The notes beneath the pieces were generated by a model. It saw only the letters and a program-made list of their open reading frames with translations. It ran no database searches and was not told where the DNA came from. Below are positions 9,901 through 19,239 of a DNA stretch of 64,000 nt, in pieces. This DNA is from Chloroflexota bacterium (lineage in GTDB: Bacteria > Chloroflexota > UBA6077). The stretch lies in assembly GCA_027356795.1 (NCBI GenBank), contig DAHVXI010000045.1, positions 4,303 through 68,302 of the forward strand. Direction: 5' to 3'. The position numbers and the translations under genes were made by a program. How positions within the stretch are numbered: position 1 is the stretch's first letter; the number at the start of each line of letters is the position of its first letter.

Positions 9901-10170
9901 GTAGGGGTTCCCGTCCAGCTTGATCAGCACACCGTTCAACGTCTTGCCCTTGAAGGAGCACTGGGTGTTGCACTGGAGGCAGACGCCGTACAGCACGCTC
10001 TCGGGCTGGGCCAGACTGTATACCTCCTCGGGGCTCGGCTCGGCGCGAACCAGGGCCTCGGGCAGCAGGCCGCTTAGCAGAGCGGAGCCACCCAGGAATA
10101 CACCGCCTTTCAGCAGGTCGCGCCGGCTGATCTCCTGGTCCAGCGGCTTCCTTTTCTCACTCATTCTCAT
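6997..10170 (-). CDS. Mo/W-bisPGD oxidoreductase catalytic subunit, tetrathionate/selenate reductase (TtrA/SrdA)-like
   Basis: Tat signal SRRDLLK; CLQCNTQC...C Fe-S motif followed by PKG; HTTICEQSHH putative Cys ligand; C-terminal DPIGGSASFYDTRV. Confidence 0.88.
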   Translation of the reverse strand: MRMSEKRKPLDQEISRRDLLKGGVFLGGSALLSGLLPEALVRAEPSPEEVYSLAQPESVLYGVCLQCNTQCSFKGKTLNGVLIKLDGNPYGPQNMLPQISYDTPLDQAARVDGKLCPKGQATVQTVYDPYRIRKVLKRAGPRGSNRWQAIPFDQAIKEIVQGGKLFAAVGEDRAIPGLKDIFAAKDAKTIKALADDAAAVAKKTMTLEEFKAKHASELSLLIDPDHPDLGPKNNQLVFQAGRIEPGRNDFAKRWVINGFGSNNWYDHTTICEQSHHIAYSWMTAQYDKGAWSPGPNHMKPDFTAAEFVIFWGTSPFEANFGPTSMTEQVTRGMVERGMQIAVVDPRLSKTAAKARYWLPVKPGDGDSALAMGMIRWIIDNQRYDKGFLQNANKAAAVAAKEKSWSNASYLVKLDDQGLPGKLLRAKDAGLAAPEGKDPAHLFVVSKGGQLLAVDPNDDKNPVEGELLAEAQGQGFRAKTAFQLLKEEAAGKSLEEYAQIAGIPVRQIEAVAREFTSHGKKAAVEFYRGAVQHTNGYYTAQALVTLNLMVGNVDWKGGLNAGGGAWASYGGKQGQPFDLNKQHTGKMAAFGVKITREGVQYEATTLFKGYPAPRPFYPYTSNVYQEVIPAIDAQYPYPAKVLWLHMGTPALAVPGGGDQIRMLRDLDRVPLFIADDVVIGETSMYADYLFPDLTFAERWAFLGLTPSEKTKGVKVRQPIVGPIPEIVTVYGEEMPISMESMMLAFAEALGTPGYGKGGFDSGLDFTRPEDYYLKAVANIAAGDAPTDGVPQADAEELRIFREARKSMPPAVFDEAKWKRAVGEANWARTVYVLNRGGRFEGYDKAYSGNYLGHPYGKLLNLYVEPVAAGKDSITGKPHSGITRYDPVKNSNGEPVKDEEYPFYLVTFKEVTGGQSRTPGNYWSQGGVLPENRVRMNPKDLAALGLKDGDLVRFSSRTNPDGTIEVVAGKPEVIVGKVQTVEGVRPGTVQVSWSYGHWAYGARETEVDGQRVPADPRRGTGLCTNALLALDQGTKTTCLTDPIGGSASFYDTRVKVMKV

Positions 10171-11435
10171 GCCTCCTCGTCGGTCTTGCTAACCAGCGGC
10201 AAGTTGCTGTAGCCGATGGTGAACAGCAGGATGGCCATGGACACCACGAAGAGGCCAACCAGCCACTCGCCGCTGCTGGGTATGTACTGGAAGGAAAGAC
10301 CCGCCTCCTGGTAGGCCGCCTCCAGCCCACGGATCTCCGGGATCACCTGGCCCGGAACGACGATGTCGATACGCACTGCCAGGAATGTCACCGCCATCAG
10401 GAAGCCGGCCAGACCGACCGAACCGACAGAGCGGGACCGAAAGACCAGCAAGAGGATGGGCACCAGAGAGCCGACGGCGAGGTGCACCAGCCAGAAGACC
10501 CACCAGTTGGAACCGAACAGCATCTCACGGTAGGCGCCGGCAGCCGCGGGGATGGAGGCATACAGGTTGATGGAGATCTCGGCCCACTCGAAAAGGAGAT
10601 CCAGGGCGAGCAGCGCCAGGGTGATTCGGCCGAGCAGGCTCACCAGGTTGCGGAACTCGGCCGACCGGCGGGAGGGCCAGAGGGCGGCGACCACGAAGGT
10701 GAGGAGGGCCCCACCCGAGGCGAGGGCGGACACCAGGAAGAGTATCGGGTAGAGCGGCGAGTTCCAGTAGGGGCGAGCCCCGATCACACCGAACAGGGCG
10801 CCGACCCCGCCGTGGAAGGCGATGGCCAGGGGGATGCCCAGTGTGCCCAGCAGCTTGAGGACCTTCCGGTCGCGATCCCGTGCGACCGTCGAGGAATCGT
10901 AGTTGCCGAAGGAGAGCAGTCGAGCGAGGAGCCCCGCGAGACCTCGATGGCTTCTCCAGGTCACCAGGTCGGCTCGGATGGCGAACCACATCTCCACCAG
11001 GACCAGGATAAAGTAGGCGGTGTAGAGCCAGACCATCCAGGCCATCATGGAGAAGGGGTTGGGTCGGGTGTACACCTCCCAGAACCTCTCCTGGTGGCCG
11101 AGGTCGAGCCAGATGGTCAGCAGCCCCGAAACCAGGGTGATGAAGGCGGTGAAAAGCGCCAGCTTGCCGATGCGCTCCAACCGCTGAACGCCTCCGACGT
11201 AGATCAGCGAGGAGAGCAGGAAAGCGCCGGCCGAGAGGCCGATGAAGTAGATGTACATGGCCACCCACAGCCCCCACGGCACGTAGCTGCCATAGTTGGC
11301 GATTTCGTGGCCCAAGGTGAACCTTTGAACCAGTCCGTAGGTGCCGGCGGCGAAGGCGGCGGCCCACACCAGGGCCAGAACCACCTTCCAACCGTGCATG
11401 CCGCCGGACTGGCGAGTTGCCGAGATCGCTGACAT
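10167..11435 (-). CDS. NrfD/PsrC-family membrane anchor (TtrC-like)
   Basis: PWGLWVAMYIYFIGLSAG, DLGH..RFW, SMMAW motifs; many TM helices; ATG 11435 with GGAGG SD. Confidence 0.9.
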   Translation of the reverse strand: MSAISATRQSGGMHGWKVVLALVWAAAFAAGTYGLVQRFTLGHEIANYGSYVPWGLWVAMYIYFIGLSAGAFLLSSLIYVGGVQRLERIGKLALFTAFITLVSGLLTIWLDLGHQERFWEVYTRPNPFSMMAWMVWLYTAYFILVLVEMWFAIRADLVTWRSHRGLAGLLARLLSFGNYDSSTVARDRDRKVLKLLGTLGIPLAIAFHGGVGALFGVIGARPYWNSPLYPILFLVSALASGGALLTFVVAALWPSRRSAEFRNLVSLLGRITLALLALDLLFEWAEISINLYASIPAAAGAYREMLFGSNWWVFWLVHLAVGSLVPILLLVFRSRSVGSVGLAGFLMAVTFLAVRIDIVVPGQVIPEIRGLEAAYQEAGLSFQYIPSSGEWLVGLFVVSMAILLFTIGYSNLPLVSKTDEEA

Positions 11436-11445
11436 CTTCACCCTC

Positions 11446-12381
11446 CTAGACCAGATAGTAGACCCTGGGGTTGGTGCCCAGCTCTTCCTTGAGACGCATA
11501 ACGTTTGGCGAGGCGATCAGCTCGGACACCAGGCTGTCAGGCAGGTTGGCGTCGCCGAAGTAGGTGGCGCCGCCGATGCAGGTGGTGGTGCAGGCGGGCA
11601 GCATGCCCGCATCGAGCCGGTGGAGGCAGAAGGTGCACTTACGGACGTTGCCCACGGGCGAGCCCTTGGCTCGGTCCCACCGCTTGCCGTACTCGAAGTT
11701 GGCCTGCTTCTCGTAGGGCTGCTGTGCGGGCGTGCTCTTGGTGTAGTAGAAACCGGAATCGAAGGTGCGCGCCGAGTAGGGACATGCTGTGATGCAGTAG
11801 CGGCAACCGATGCAGATGTCGTAGTCGATTTCCACCATGCCGTCGGGTCGCTTGTAGGTTGCCCCCACGGGACATACCTGCGTGCAGGGTGGGTTGTCGC
11901 ACTGCATGCAGGGGCGCGGGGTGAAGCGGCGCGAGACGTTGGGGTAGCTGCCGATCTCCTCCTCGATGACGGGTCGGTATACGACTCCGGGCGGGAGCTG
12001 GTTCTCCGCCTTGCAGGCGACGGTGCAGGAGGAGCAGCCGACGCACTTACGCAGGTCGATGACCATGACCCAGCGCCGCTGGTCGACCGGCTTAGCCAGG
12101 GCGCGCTGGAGACCGTTCTGCATGCGCAGCAGCAGGTTCTCAAAGTCAGGGGAGGAGGGCGCGGAGGGGACCGGAGGTGAACTCCCCGCTCCCGGGGCGG
12201 ATTGGGAGGCTGTAGTTGATTGGCGTGAGCCGGCGGCCTCGGCCGCGACCGTTCTGCTGGCCGCGCCGCCGACGGCAGCCGCCGCGGCCAGCCCCAGCCA
12301 CTTTAGGAAGCTGCGCCTTTCGCCGGCCGGCACCTCTTCTTCGGGGGCCGAAGCGGGCGAGGGTTGGTTGTCTGTGGTCAT
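11446..12381 (-). CDS. 4x[4Fe-4S] electron-transfer subunit (TtrB/PsrB-like) with Tat signal
   Basis: [48 protein letters not shown]...C...C; ATG 12381 with AGGAGG SD. Confidence 0.92.
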   Translation of the reverse strand: MTTDNQPSPASAPEEEVPAGERRSFLKWLGLAAAAAVGGAASRTVAAEAAGSRQSTTASQSAPGAGSSPPVPSAPSSPDFENLLLRMQNGLQRALAKPVDQRRWVMVIDLRKCVGCSSCTVACKAENQLPPGVVYRPVIEEEIGSYPNVSRRFTPRPCMQCDNPPCTQVCPVGATYKRPDGMVEIDYDICIGCRYCITACPYSARTFDSGFYYTKSTPAQQPYEKQANFEYGKRWDRAKGSPVGNVRKCTFCLHRLDAGMLPACTTTCIGGATYFGDANLPDSLVSELIASPNVMRLKEELGTNPRVYYLV

Positions 12382-12494
12382 AGTTCGCCACCTCCTGCGA
12401 GCCAACTTGGATCCGGGCAACTGGACAGACTGAACCCGGGGCGTAGATGCCTGGGTCACGGGGGAATCGTCGTCCAAGGGAGGCCCATCGGGGA

Positions 12495-12575
12495 GAGTAG
12501 AATCCCGCAGACTCTGGGTGGCTCAGTGCGGGTAGTCCGCAGGCATGCGCCACCTGAGTTGCGGGATTCCCGCAA
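12495..12575. promoter_or_regulatory. Three phased inverted-repeat boxes upstream of the reductase operon (candidate NarL-type regulator sites)
   Basis: TTGCGGGATTCCCGCAA (12559-12575, perfect), TGCGGGTAGTCCGCA (12527-12541), half site AATCCCGCA (12501-12509); spacing 32-33 bp. Confidence 0.62.
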
Positions 12576-12591
12576 GATATGGAGACGGGGC

Positions 12592-13242
12592 TTAGTCCTC
12601 GGACAGGAGCCCCTGCTGGCGGGCGTACTGCACCAGCGCGCGTCGCCCGCGGACCCCCAGCTTCTCCATCAGGCGCGTCTTGTGCACCTCGACCGTCCGC
12701 ACGCTGAGGTAGAGCTCGGTGGCGATCTCAGGGGTCGTGTACCCGTGGGCGATGAGGCGGAGAACCTCGGTCTCGCGCTCGGTCAGGGGCTCTATCGGGG
12801 CGGTCTGGGGGTGCTGGCGCGGCCCCCAGCTCTCCTCGACCAGGACCCGAGTTAGCGACGGGTGCAGGTATACTTCCCCGCGGACGACGGCCCGAATCGC
12901 CTGCAGCAGCTCCTGGCCCCCGGTCCGCTTCAGCGCATATCCCGAGGCGCCGGCGGCCAGGGCCTGGTGAAGATACACCGGGTCGTCGTACTGGCTGAGG
13001 ATCAGAACTCGCAGTTCGGGGCGCTCCGCCTTCATCCGCCGGGTCGCTTCCAGGCCGCCGCCAGGCATGCGGACGTCCACCAGGGCGACGTCCGGGCGCA
13101 GTTCCCGCGCCTGTCGGACGGCGTCCTCGGCGTCCGCTGCCTCGCCGACCACCATCAGATCGGGCTGAGCGTCGAGGAGGCTCCCCAACCCTGCCCGAAG
13201 CACGCCGTGGTCATCCGCCAACAACACCTTGAGCTTGTTCAT
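12592..13242 (-). CDS. NarL/LuxR-family response regulator
   Basis: LADDH...DVRMP receiver domain; LTERETEVL...LSVRTVEVH HTH. Confidence 0.94.
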   Translation of the reverse strand: MNKLKVLLADDHGVLRAGLGSLLDAQPDLMVVGEAADAEDAVRQARELRPDVALVDVRMPGGGLEATRRMKAERPELRVLILSQYDDPVYLHQALAAGASGYALKRTGGQELLQAIRAVVRGEVYLHPSLTRVLVEESWGPRQHPQTAPIEPLTERETEVLRLIAHGYTTPEIATELYLSVRTVEVHKTRLMEKLGVRGRRALVQYARQQGLLSED

Positions 13243-15193
13243 CGCTGTTTGCCACCAGTAGGTTGTCGGCCAGGGGCACGGTAACGAAGATCGTCGTGCC
13301 CTGGCCGGGCTGCGACTCCATAGTCAGTCGGCCGCCGACCAGCGCAGCCCTCTCGGCTATGCCGGCGAGCCCCAGCCGTTCCCTCAGAGGGGCCGAGGCA
13401 ACGAGGTCTGGCTCGAAGCCGCAGCCGTCGTCCTCTACCACCGCCACCATATCGGCCCCGCGCCGTTCCAGGAGGACGCTCACCCCCCGTGCCCGAGCGT
13501 GGCGGGCGACGTTGGTGAGCGCCTCCTGGACGATCCGGAACACGGCCGTCTCGGCCGCCGGCAGGAGCCGCAGCCCGTCGACACCGACCGTCCTGAAATC
13601 GACCTCGAGGTCGTGCCGCTGTCCGTACTCCCGCAGGTAACGGCCGATCCCGGGCACCAGGCCGGCATCGTCCAGGGCGCTCGGCCGCAGCTCCACGGAT
13701 AGGTGGTGGACCCCCTCCAGCGCCCCCGATGCCACTGCCCGCAGCTGGTCGGCCCGTTCCTGAGCTGCCCGCGACAGACCCGACTCTCCCGCCAGCCCCT
13801 CCAGCCCCAGGACCAACGAGGTCAGCACCTGGCTGGTGTCGTCGTGGAGCTCCCGGGCGATCCGCCTGCGCTCCTCCTCCTGGGCGCCGATGATGCTGTC
13901 CAGCAGTTGGTGCTGCACCTCCTGCTTTCTAAGCAGTTCCTCCCAGAGCCGGGCGTTCTCGATGGCCACGCCGATCTGGCTGCTGATGGCCCCCAGGATG
14001 TCCAGCTCCTCTTGAGCGAACTCCCTGCGCTCGGCCGTTGTCGCCAGGTTCATCACCCCCAGAGCCCGTCCCTTGGCGATCAGGGGCACGGTGAGGTGCC
14101 CCTGGAGGCCTTCCGAACCCAGCAGGGCACAGCGGCCGCTGGAGGCATCGACGAAGCAGGCCTGGCCGATGGCAATGGCATCCCGACACGCGCAGGCCCG
14201 CTGAGACCCGTCTGCAACCAGAAGCCGCGCCTCCGGAGGGAGTCCAACCTGCGAGCCCAGTTGCAGGGAGTCCGCGTCGCTATCGAGGAGCCAGATCCAG
14301 CCCGCCGTCAGGGAGGTCAACTGCAGAGCGCGATCCAGGGCGGCGCCCAGCACCTCCTGGAGCGTCCGGGATTGGCCCACCGCCGATGCCATCAGGTTCA
14401 GGGCCGAGAGCTCGCGGTTCCGCCGGAGGAGCCGCTGGTTGAACTCCTCGGTCTGGGCCTGGGACCTGGACAGGCTCTCAGCCATGGAGTTGAATGCCTG
14501 CCCCAGCACGCCGATCTCGTCGCGGGTCCGCGGCCGCACCCGGGTGCCCAGGTCCCCTCGCTCCACCCCTCGGACCACACGGACCATGTCCGAGATGGGT
14601 CGGGTCAGGATCAGGGTGAGCAGATAGGCCACCCCGAGACCCACCAGGCTGACCGCTCCGGTCATCAACAGGAGCTCGCGGGTGGCCGTCTCCAGCTCTG
14701 TCTGAAGACGCCGGTCTGAGAGCCCGACCCTGGCGATGCCGGCGCGGCCATCGAAGATGGGAACGGCCGCATCCCGGACAAGCCCCTCCTGGGTGCTGAG
14801 GATCTCCAGGTGGTACCGATCCTGAGACCCGACGGCGTTCGCCTCCACCAGCTCCGCCGGCAGATGTCCACCGAAGGTGTGGACCAGGGGGGAGCCGTCG
14901 GGCCCCAGGACGAGCACGTACCGAACGTCCGGGTTGTTCTCCAGGGTGTCCCTCGCCAACTCGTAGAGGCCGAAGGTGTTGTTGGTCAGAATGAGGTCAC
15001 TGGAGCGGGCGGCCAGGTCTCGGGCGATGGACACGGCCCGCTGGTCCAGCTCGCGTCCGAGGGCGGCGGCGTTGCGCTGGCGCAGCTCGTAGGTGGCTCC
15101 CAGCCCCAGGAGCAGGATGAGCCCGACCACGATGCCCATGATCTTGGTCTGGACGCCGACGCTATCGGCCAGCACCAGCAGCTTTCCGATCAT
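13211..15193 (-). CDS. Membrane sensor histidine kinase (HAMP-GAF-HisKA_3)
   Basis: Two TM segments, HAMP (DEIG.L...FN.M), GAF, QEEERRRIARELHD, EALTNVARHA, DDGCGF. Confidence 0.92.
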   Translation of the reverse strand: MIGKLLVLADSVGVQTKIMGIVVGLILLLGLGATYELRQRNAAALGRELDQRAVSIARDLAARSSDLILTNNTFGLYELARDTLENNPDVRYVLVLGPDGSPLVHTFGGHLPAELVEANAVGSQDRYHLEILSTQEGLVRDAAVPIFDGRAGIARVGLSDRRLQTELETATRELLLMTGAVSLVGLGVAYLLTLILTRPISDMVRVVRGVERGDLGTRVRPRTRDEIGVLGQAFNSMAESLSRSQAQTEEFNQRLLRRNRELSALNLMASAVGQSRTLQEVLGAALDRALQLTSLTAGWIWLLDSDADSLQLGSQVGLPPEARLLVADGSQRACACRDAIAIGQACFVDASSGRCALLGSEGLQGHLTVPLIAKGRALGVMNLATTAERREFAQEELDILGAISSQIGVAIENARLWEELLRKQEVQHQLLDSIIGAQEEERRRIARELHDDTSQVLTSLVLGLEGLAGESGLSRAAQERADQLRAVASGALEGVHHLSVELRPSALDDAGLVPGIGRYLREYGQRHDLEVDFRTVGVDGLRLLPAAETAVFRIVQEALTNVARHARARGVSVLLERRGADMVAVVEDDGCGFEPDLVASAPLRERLGLAGIAERAALVGGRLTMESQPGQGTTIFVTVPLADNLLVANSDEQAQGVVGG

Positions 15194-16152
15194 CTCTGGC
15201 CCCTCACCTTCCGGAGCATCTCCCGCACGGACTCGTAGGCAGCCTGGTCGGGCACGACGAAGCGGTCGATCATCAGCCCTTCCAGGATGGTCCGCCCCCT
15301 GGGATCGGCGTCCATGCCGAGGAGGATCTTCCGCAGCCGCTCCTTCAGATCCATCGACAGGCGGGGATGCACCACCACCGGGGGTGATCCGAAGGGCTCG
15401 GAACGCCAGATCACCCGGGTGTGCTCGGCGAACTCGGGGGTTTGGGACAGCAGGTAATCGTAGACCAGGCTGTCGACCGAGGCGCCATCGACCAGCTTGT
15501 CGGCGACAGCCTTGATAGAGTTGTCGTGGCTGTAGGTGTAAACGACCCTGCGGAAGAAGCCCTCGGGGGTCTGCCCCATCTGCCAGAGGAGATAGGTGGG
15601 GACCAGCCGGCCGCTGTTGGAGTCCGGGTCGGTGAAGGCGAAGATCTTGCCTTGAAGCTGGTCGAGCCGCTCTACCGGGCTGTCGGCCGGGACGATGAGG
15701 TAGGAGCGATAGAGGGCTTCGCCCCGAACCTCCGGCGCGGCGAGCAGCTCCATCCCGAAGTCCTGCTGGCCCTGGACGTAGGCCTCGCTGCAGACGAAGG
15801 CCAGGTCGATGCCGCCCGCCCGGATCAGGTCATTCACCTCCGCGTAGCTCTTGCGCTGGACCAGCTCGACGGGGCGGTCCAATTGCGCGCCAAGGTACCG
15901 GAGGAAGTCCTGGTAGGTCTTATAGGTTTCTTTTGGGGAGATGACGCCGGCGACCGCCACTCGCAGGGGAGCGAGAACCGGCCGTGATGCCGACACGAGT
16001 TGCGGCTGCCCGGCAGCGGGGAGCAGCACTCGCTTGTACTGGGGGCCGGGGGAGCAGGCAGCGGCGAGCACCACGAGAACCATCAGGACGAGCGACGCGA
16101 CGCCCGTTCCGGGGAATGTGGGTGGGACTATCCGGCCGATGCTGTGACCCAC
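15190..16152 (-). CDS. PhnD-like periplasmic binding lipoprotein (AioX/ArxX/ArrT-like sensor component)
   Basis: Lipobox AAAC; QRKSYAE, LAFVCSEAYV, DPDSNSG, YSHDNSIKAV motifs; overlaps the kinase start; no ABC permease or ATPase adjacent. Confidence 0.82.
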   Translation of the reverse strand: MGHSIGRIVPPTFPGTGVASLVLMVLVVLAAACSPGPQYKRVLLPAAGQPQLVSASRPVLAPLRVAVAGVISPKETYKTYQDFLRYLGAQLDRPVELVQRKSYAEVNDLIRAGGIDLAFVCSEAYVQGQQDFGMELLAAPEVRGEALYRSYLIVPADSPVERLDQLQGKIFAFTDPDSNSGRLVPTYLLWQMGQTPEGFFRRVVYTYSHDNSIKAVADKLVDGASVDSLVYDYLLSQTPEFAEHTRVIWRSEPFGSPPVVVHPRLSMDLKERLRKILLGMDADPRGRTILEGLMIDRFVVPDQAAYESVREMLRKVRGQR

Positions 16153-16257
16153 AGTCGTTTCCTGTTGCCATGACTTGACCAGTACGCTGCTGCATTATAG
16201 CTGCGCAAGGCAACTTGGCAACAATCGCCGTAGCTCACCCCGGCTGTCGCTCCGCTC

Positions 16258-16569
16258 TTACCGGCTCACGAGGGCCGCCGTTGCGATCACCCCGATAGAC
16301 AGCAGCAGCATCACCAGGCCCGCCACCGCCAGGATCAGGGGCGACACGTTGAAGAAGGCGCCGGCCAGCACGCTCGCCGTCTCCGCCGCCCCCAGAACCA
16401 GCAGCCAGGGAGCGGTCAAGTAGTTGGCTCGCCGGACCCTGGCTGTCTCTTCCTCGTTGTGGGGTATCCGCACCCCTACCCAGACTCGCTCGGCCCGCCT
16501 CAGCATGGTTACCCCCAATATGGAGAGACCGAGGCCGACCAGCATGTTGGTCATCAGGACAAGGATCAT
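16258..16569 (-). CDS. Small membrane protein (SdpI-like)
   Basis: Three hydrophobic segments, WVGVRIP...RRAN motif; overlaps the aminotransferase stop. Confidence 0.55.
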   Translation of the reverse strand: MILVLMTNMLVGLGLSILGVTMLRRAERVWVGVRIPHNEEETARVRRANYLTAPWLLVLGAAETASVLAGAFFNVSPLILAVAGLVMLLLSIGVIATAALVSR

Positions 16570-17924
16570 ACCTTCTGTAATCCACCTACCGTGTGGGTTA
16601 TGGCATCGCCAACGATGCTGACGATTTCGTCGATCTGCTGCTCGCTGATCACGAAGGGCGGAGCCAGCATGATCACGTCGCCCCGGACCCGGAAGAGAAC
16701 GCCCTGCTCCTGTGCGTACCGCCGGATCTTCTCGCCGGCCGCCAGCGAGGCCGGCAGCGGCGTCCCCTGCTTGTCGGCTGCCAGCTCTACCGCCACCATC
16801 AGGCCGAGCCCTCGCACCTCGCCGACGCCCTCCGCCTCCTCCAACTCCTCGAGCTTCGCCTTGAGCCGCTCGCCCATGGCCGCGGCGCGCGCTACCAGCT
16901 CTTCCTCTTCCAGGATGTCGAGATTCCTGAGGCCGACGGCGCAGCAGACGGGGTGGAGGGAATAGGTGTAGGCGTGGTTGAAGCTACCCCCCGGCGGCAG
17001 GTTGCGGAAAGCCCTGTGCACTCGCTCGTTCACCATGACACCGCCCAGCGGCTGGTAGCCGCTGGTGATCCCTTTGGCGAAGGACATGATGTCGCAGTTT
17101 ACGCCCCAGTGCTCCAACCCGAACATCTTGCCGGTCCGTCCGAAGCCGGTGATCACCTCGTCGGCGATGAAGAGCACGTCGTACTTATCGCAAATCTCCC
17201 GTATCTTCGGGAAGTACTCGGGCGGGGCGGTTACCACCCCTCCGCCTCCGTGCACCGGCTCGGCGATGAAGGCAGCAACGGTCTCGGGATCCTCGGCCAG
17301 GATTTGCTGCTCCAGGGTACTGGCACATGCGATGCCACAACCCGGATAGCTCTTGTGCAGGGGGCAATGGAAGCAATCGTGGGTGGGGATGTGGAAGAAG
17401 CCCCACTGGATCGGGTCGAAGTGCTGCCAGTACTGCCGCATGCCGGTGGCGACCATGGCGGCCCCTGTGGTGCCGTGGTAGCCGAGCTGGAGCGCGACGA
17501 TCTTCACCTTGTCCGGCTTGCCGTTCATCTTCCAGTAGAAGCGGGCGATCTTGAAGGCCGTCTCGTTGGATTCGGCGCCCCCCGTGGTGAAGAAGGTTGC
17601 TTTCAGATCGCCCGGCGCCAGATCCGCCAGCCGGTCGGCCAGCTCGATAGCGGGCGGGTTGGACATGCCGGCGTAACCCGAGGCGTAGGCCAGGGTGCGC
17701 ATCTGCTCGGCGGCGGCTTCGGCCAGCTCCGCCCGGCCATGGCCCACGTTGACGTTCCAGAGCCCGGCGAAGGCGTCTATGTACTCCTTGCCGGCCGCGT
17801 CGACGACGGTGGCGCCTTTGCCCCGGACGAGAACCAGCGGACCGGTGGTGTTGTGGGCGTGGCTGTGCATCGGATGCAGGACGTGCTCCAGATCCTTCTG
17901 AACCAACGACTCCGGTTCGTACAT
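16566..17924 (-). CDS. Class III PLP aminotransferase (omega-amino acid/BioA-like)
   Basis: GLWNVNVGHGR, GGAESNETAFK, YHG, FIADEVITGFGRTG, AKGITSGY. Confidence 0.93.
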   Translation of the reverse strand: MYEPESLVQKDLEHVLHPMHSHAHNTTGPLVLVRGKGATVVDAAGKEYIDAFAGLWNVNVGHGRAELAEAAAEQMRTLAYASGYAGMSNPPAIELADRLADLAPGDLKATFFTTGGAESNETAFKIARFYWKMNGKPDKVKIVALQLGYHGTTGAAMVATGMRQYWQHFDPIQWGFFHIPTHDCFHCPLHKSYPGCGIACASTLEQQILAEDPETVAAFIAEPVHGGGGVVTAPPEYFPKIREICDKYDVLFIADEVITGFGRTGKMFGLEHWGVNCDIMSFAKGITSGYQPLGGVMVNERVHRAFRNLPPGGSFNHAYTYSLHPVCCAVGLRNLDILEEEELVARAAAMGERLKAKLEELEEAEGVGEVRGLGLMVAVELAADKQGTPLPASLAAGEKIRRYAQEQGVLFRVRGDVIMLAPPFVISEQQIDEIVSIVGDAITHTVGGLQKV

Positions 17925-17940
17925 CGCTCCACTCCTTCGC

Positions 17941-18828
17941 TTAATCGGATTCTCGGCTCCGACTCCAACTAGATTTTACCTCTCGCCTCAACTCCGCCAC
18001 CAGCATTCCGGCCAGGATCAGCCCGCACCCCAGGAACTCCCGCGGCCCCAGCCTCTCGCCGGCCAGCAGGTAGGCGAACAACGCCCCGAAGACCGGCTCC
18101 AGGGAGAGGACCAGGGCGGTGTGGGTGGGGGTGGTGAAGGCCTGAACCCGGTTCTGGACCGTGAAGGCGAAGGCCGTGGCGACGATCCCCATGAGGGCCG
18201 CCACCAGGACGGTGCTCCAGCCTATGGTCGCGGGCAGCGGCTCCAGCAGCGCCGTCGAGGCCGTGCCGGCCAGCGCGACCACCCCGATCTGGACGGTGGT
18301 GAGCGTCATGGTATCCATCTTGGGGGCAAACCGGCTGATGGCCACGAAGTGCAGGGCGAAGGAGGCGGCGCAGCCCAATACCAGCAGGTCCCCCATCGCC
18401 AGGGTCAGATCGTCCACCAGGGAGAGCAACCCCAGCCCCATGGTCGCCAGCGATACCCCAACCATCGCCAGGCGAGAGGGGGTCTGGCCCAGCAGGAGAC
18501 GCGCGAAGAGGGGTGCCAGCACGACGCATAGGCCCGTGATGAAGGCGGCCTTTGAGGCGGTGGTGTAGCGCAGCCCCACGGTCTGCAGTGCGTAGCCCCC
18601 GAAGAGGAAGACCCCTATCAGCGCGCCCGCGGCCAGCTGCTGCCGGCTGGAGCGAACCAGGGCTCGGCCCGTCAGGAGGGCCATGAAGAGGAAGGCAAAG
18701 GTGAAGCGAAGGGCGACGAAGGCCAGCGGGCCGATGTTGGCCAGTTCGTTCTTGACCACCACGAAGGTGCTGCCCCAAATCAGGGTGACCAGCGCAAGCC
18801 ACAGATCGGCCTGTAGTTGCCTGCTCAA
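17941..18828 (-). CDS. EamA/DMT-family transporter
   Basis: IWGSTF, RF, LQTVGL.YTTASKAAFITGL, LEPVFGA; about 10 TMs. Confidence 0.92.
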   Translation of the reverse strand: MSRQLQADLWLALVTLIWGSTFVVVKNELANIGPLAFVALRFTFAFLFMALLTGRALVRSSRQQLAAGALIGVFLFGGYALQTVGLRYTTASKAAFITGLCVVLAPLFARLLLGQTPSRLAMVGVSLATMGLGLLSLVDDLTLAMGDLLVLGCAASFALHFVAISRFAPKMDTMTLTTVQIGVVALAGTASTALLEPLPATIGWSTVLVAALMGIVATAFAFTVQNRVQAFTTPTHTALVLSLEPVFGALFAYLLAGERLGPREFLGCGLILAGMLVAELRREVKSSWSRSRESD

Positions 18829-18857
18829 CAGCTCTTGCCCTCACGCTGATTACTGAG

Positions 18858-18935
18858 TGACGTGGAGACGGGGTGACATGGAGAAGGGGCGAAGGTGTCG
18901 CTTCTCCCCGTCTCCCACTCTCCCCGTCACACCGT
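18858..18935. repeat. Inverted cluster of degenerate 8-nt repeats (GGAGACGG / CCGTCTCC)
   Basis: GTGACGTGGAGACGGGGTGACATGGAGAAG...CTTCTCCCCGTCTCCCACTCTCCCCGTCAC; similar units near 824-842 and 12581-12590. Confidence 0.55.
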
Positions 18936-19002
18936 CGTGGTTTGGCTGCCTCTGCTACACTATAGGATACCATTTGATCATCGATGTGACGGGAGAAGGG
19001 TC

Positions 19003-19239
19003 ATGGACATGCGGGACTTGGAGGCCGAAGTGCAGCGGCTCATCGGCTACGACTGCTTCGTCACCAGCGGGGTCGCCAACAAAGGGCCCTTCGTCAGCTT
19101 CAATGCCAGGCAGCGGCTGCTCCGGATCTGGATCCCCCGCCAGGGTGCCGATGCCAAGCGGATCGCGGAGATGGCCCGCTCCTACCTGTCGTCGCCTGAC
19201 GAGCCGGCCTACAAGGAGATCGACTACAAGGCGAAGTAG
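19003..19239 (+). CDS. Small hypothetical protein (78 aa)
   Basis: ATG after GGAGAAGG SD; GC3-rich codons; MDMRDLEAEVQRLIGYDCFV... Confidence 0.65.
   Translation: MDMRDLEAEVQRLIGYDCFVTSGVANKGPFVSFNARQRLLRIWIPRQGADAKRIAEMARSYLSSPDEPAYKEIDYKAK

Noticed and set aside
15190..16152. Phosphonate ABC transporter
   Set aside because: No phnC/phnE-like genes; the protein is coupled to a sensor kinase instead.
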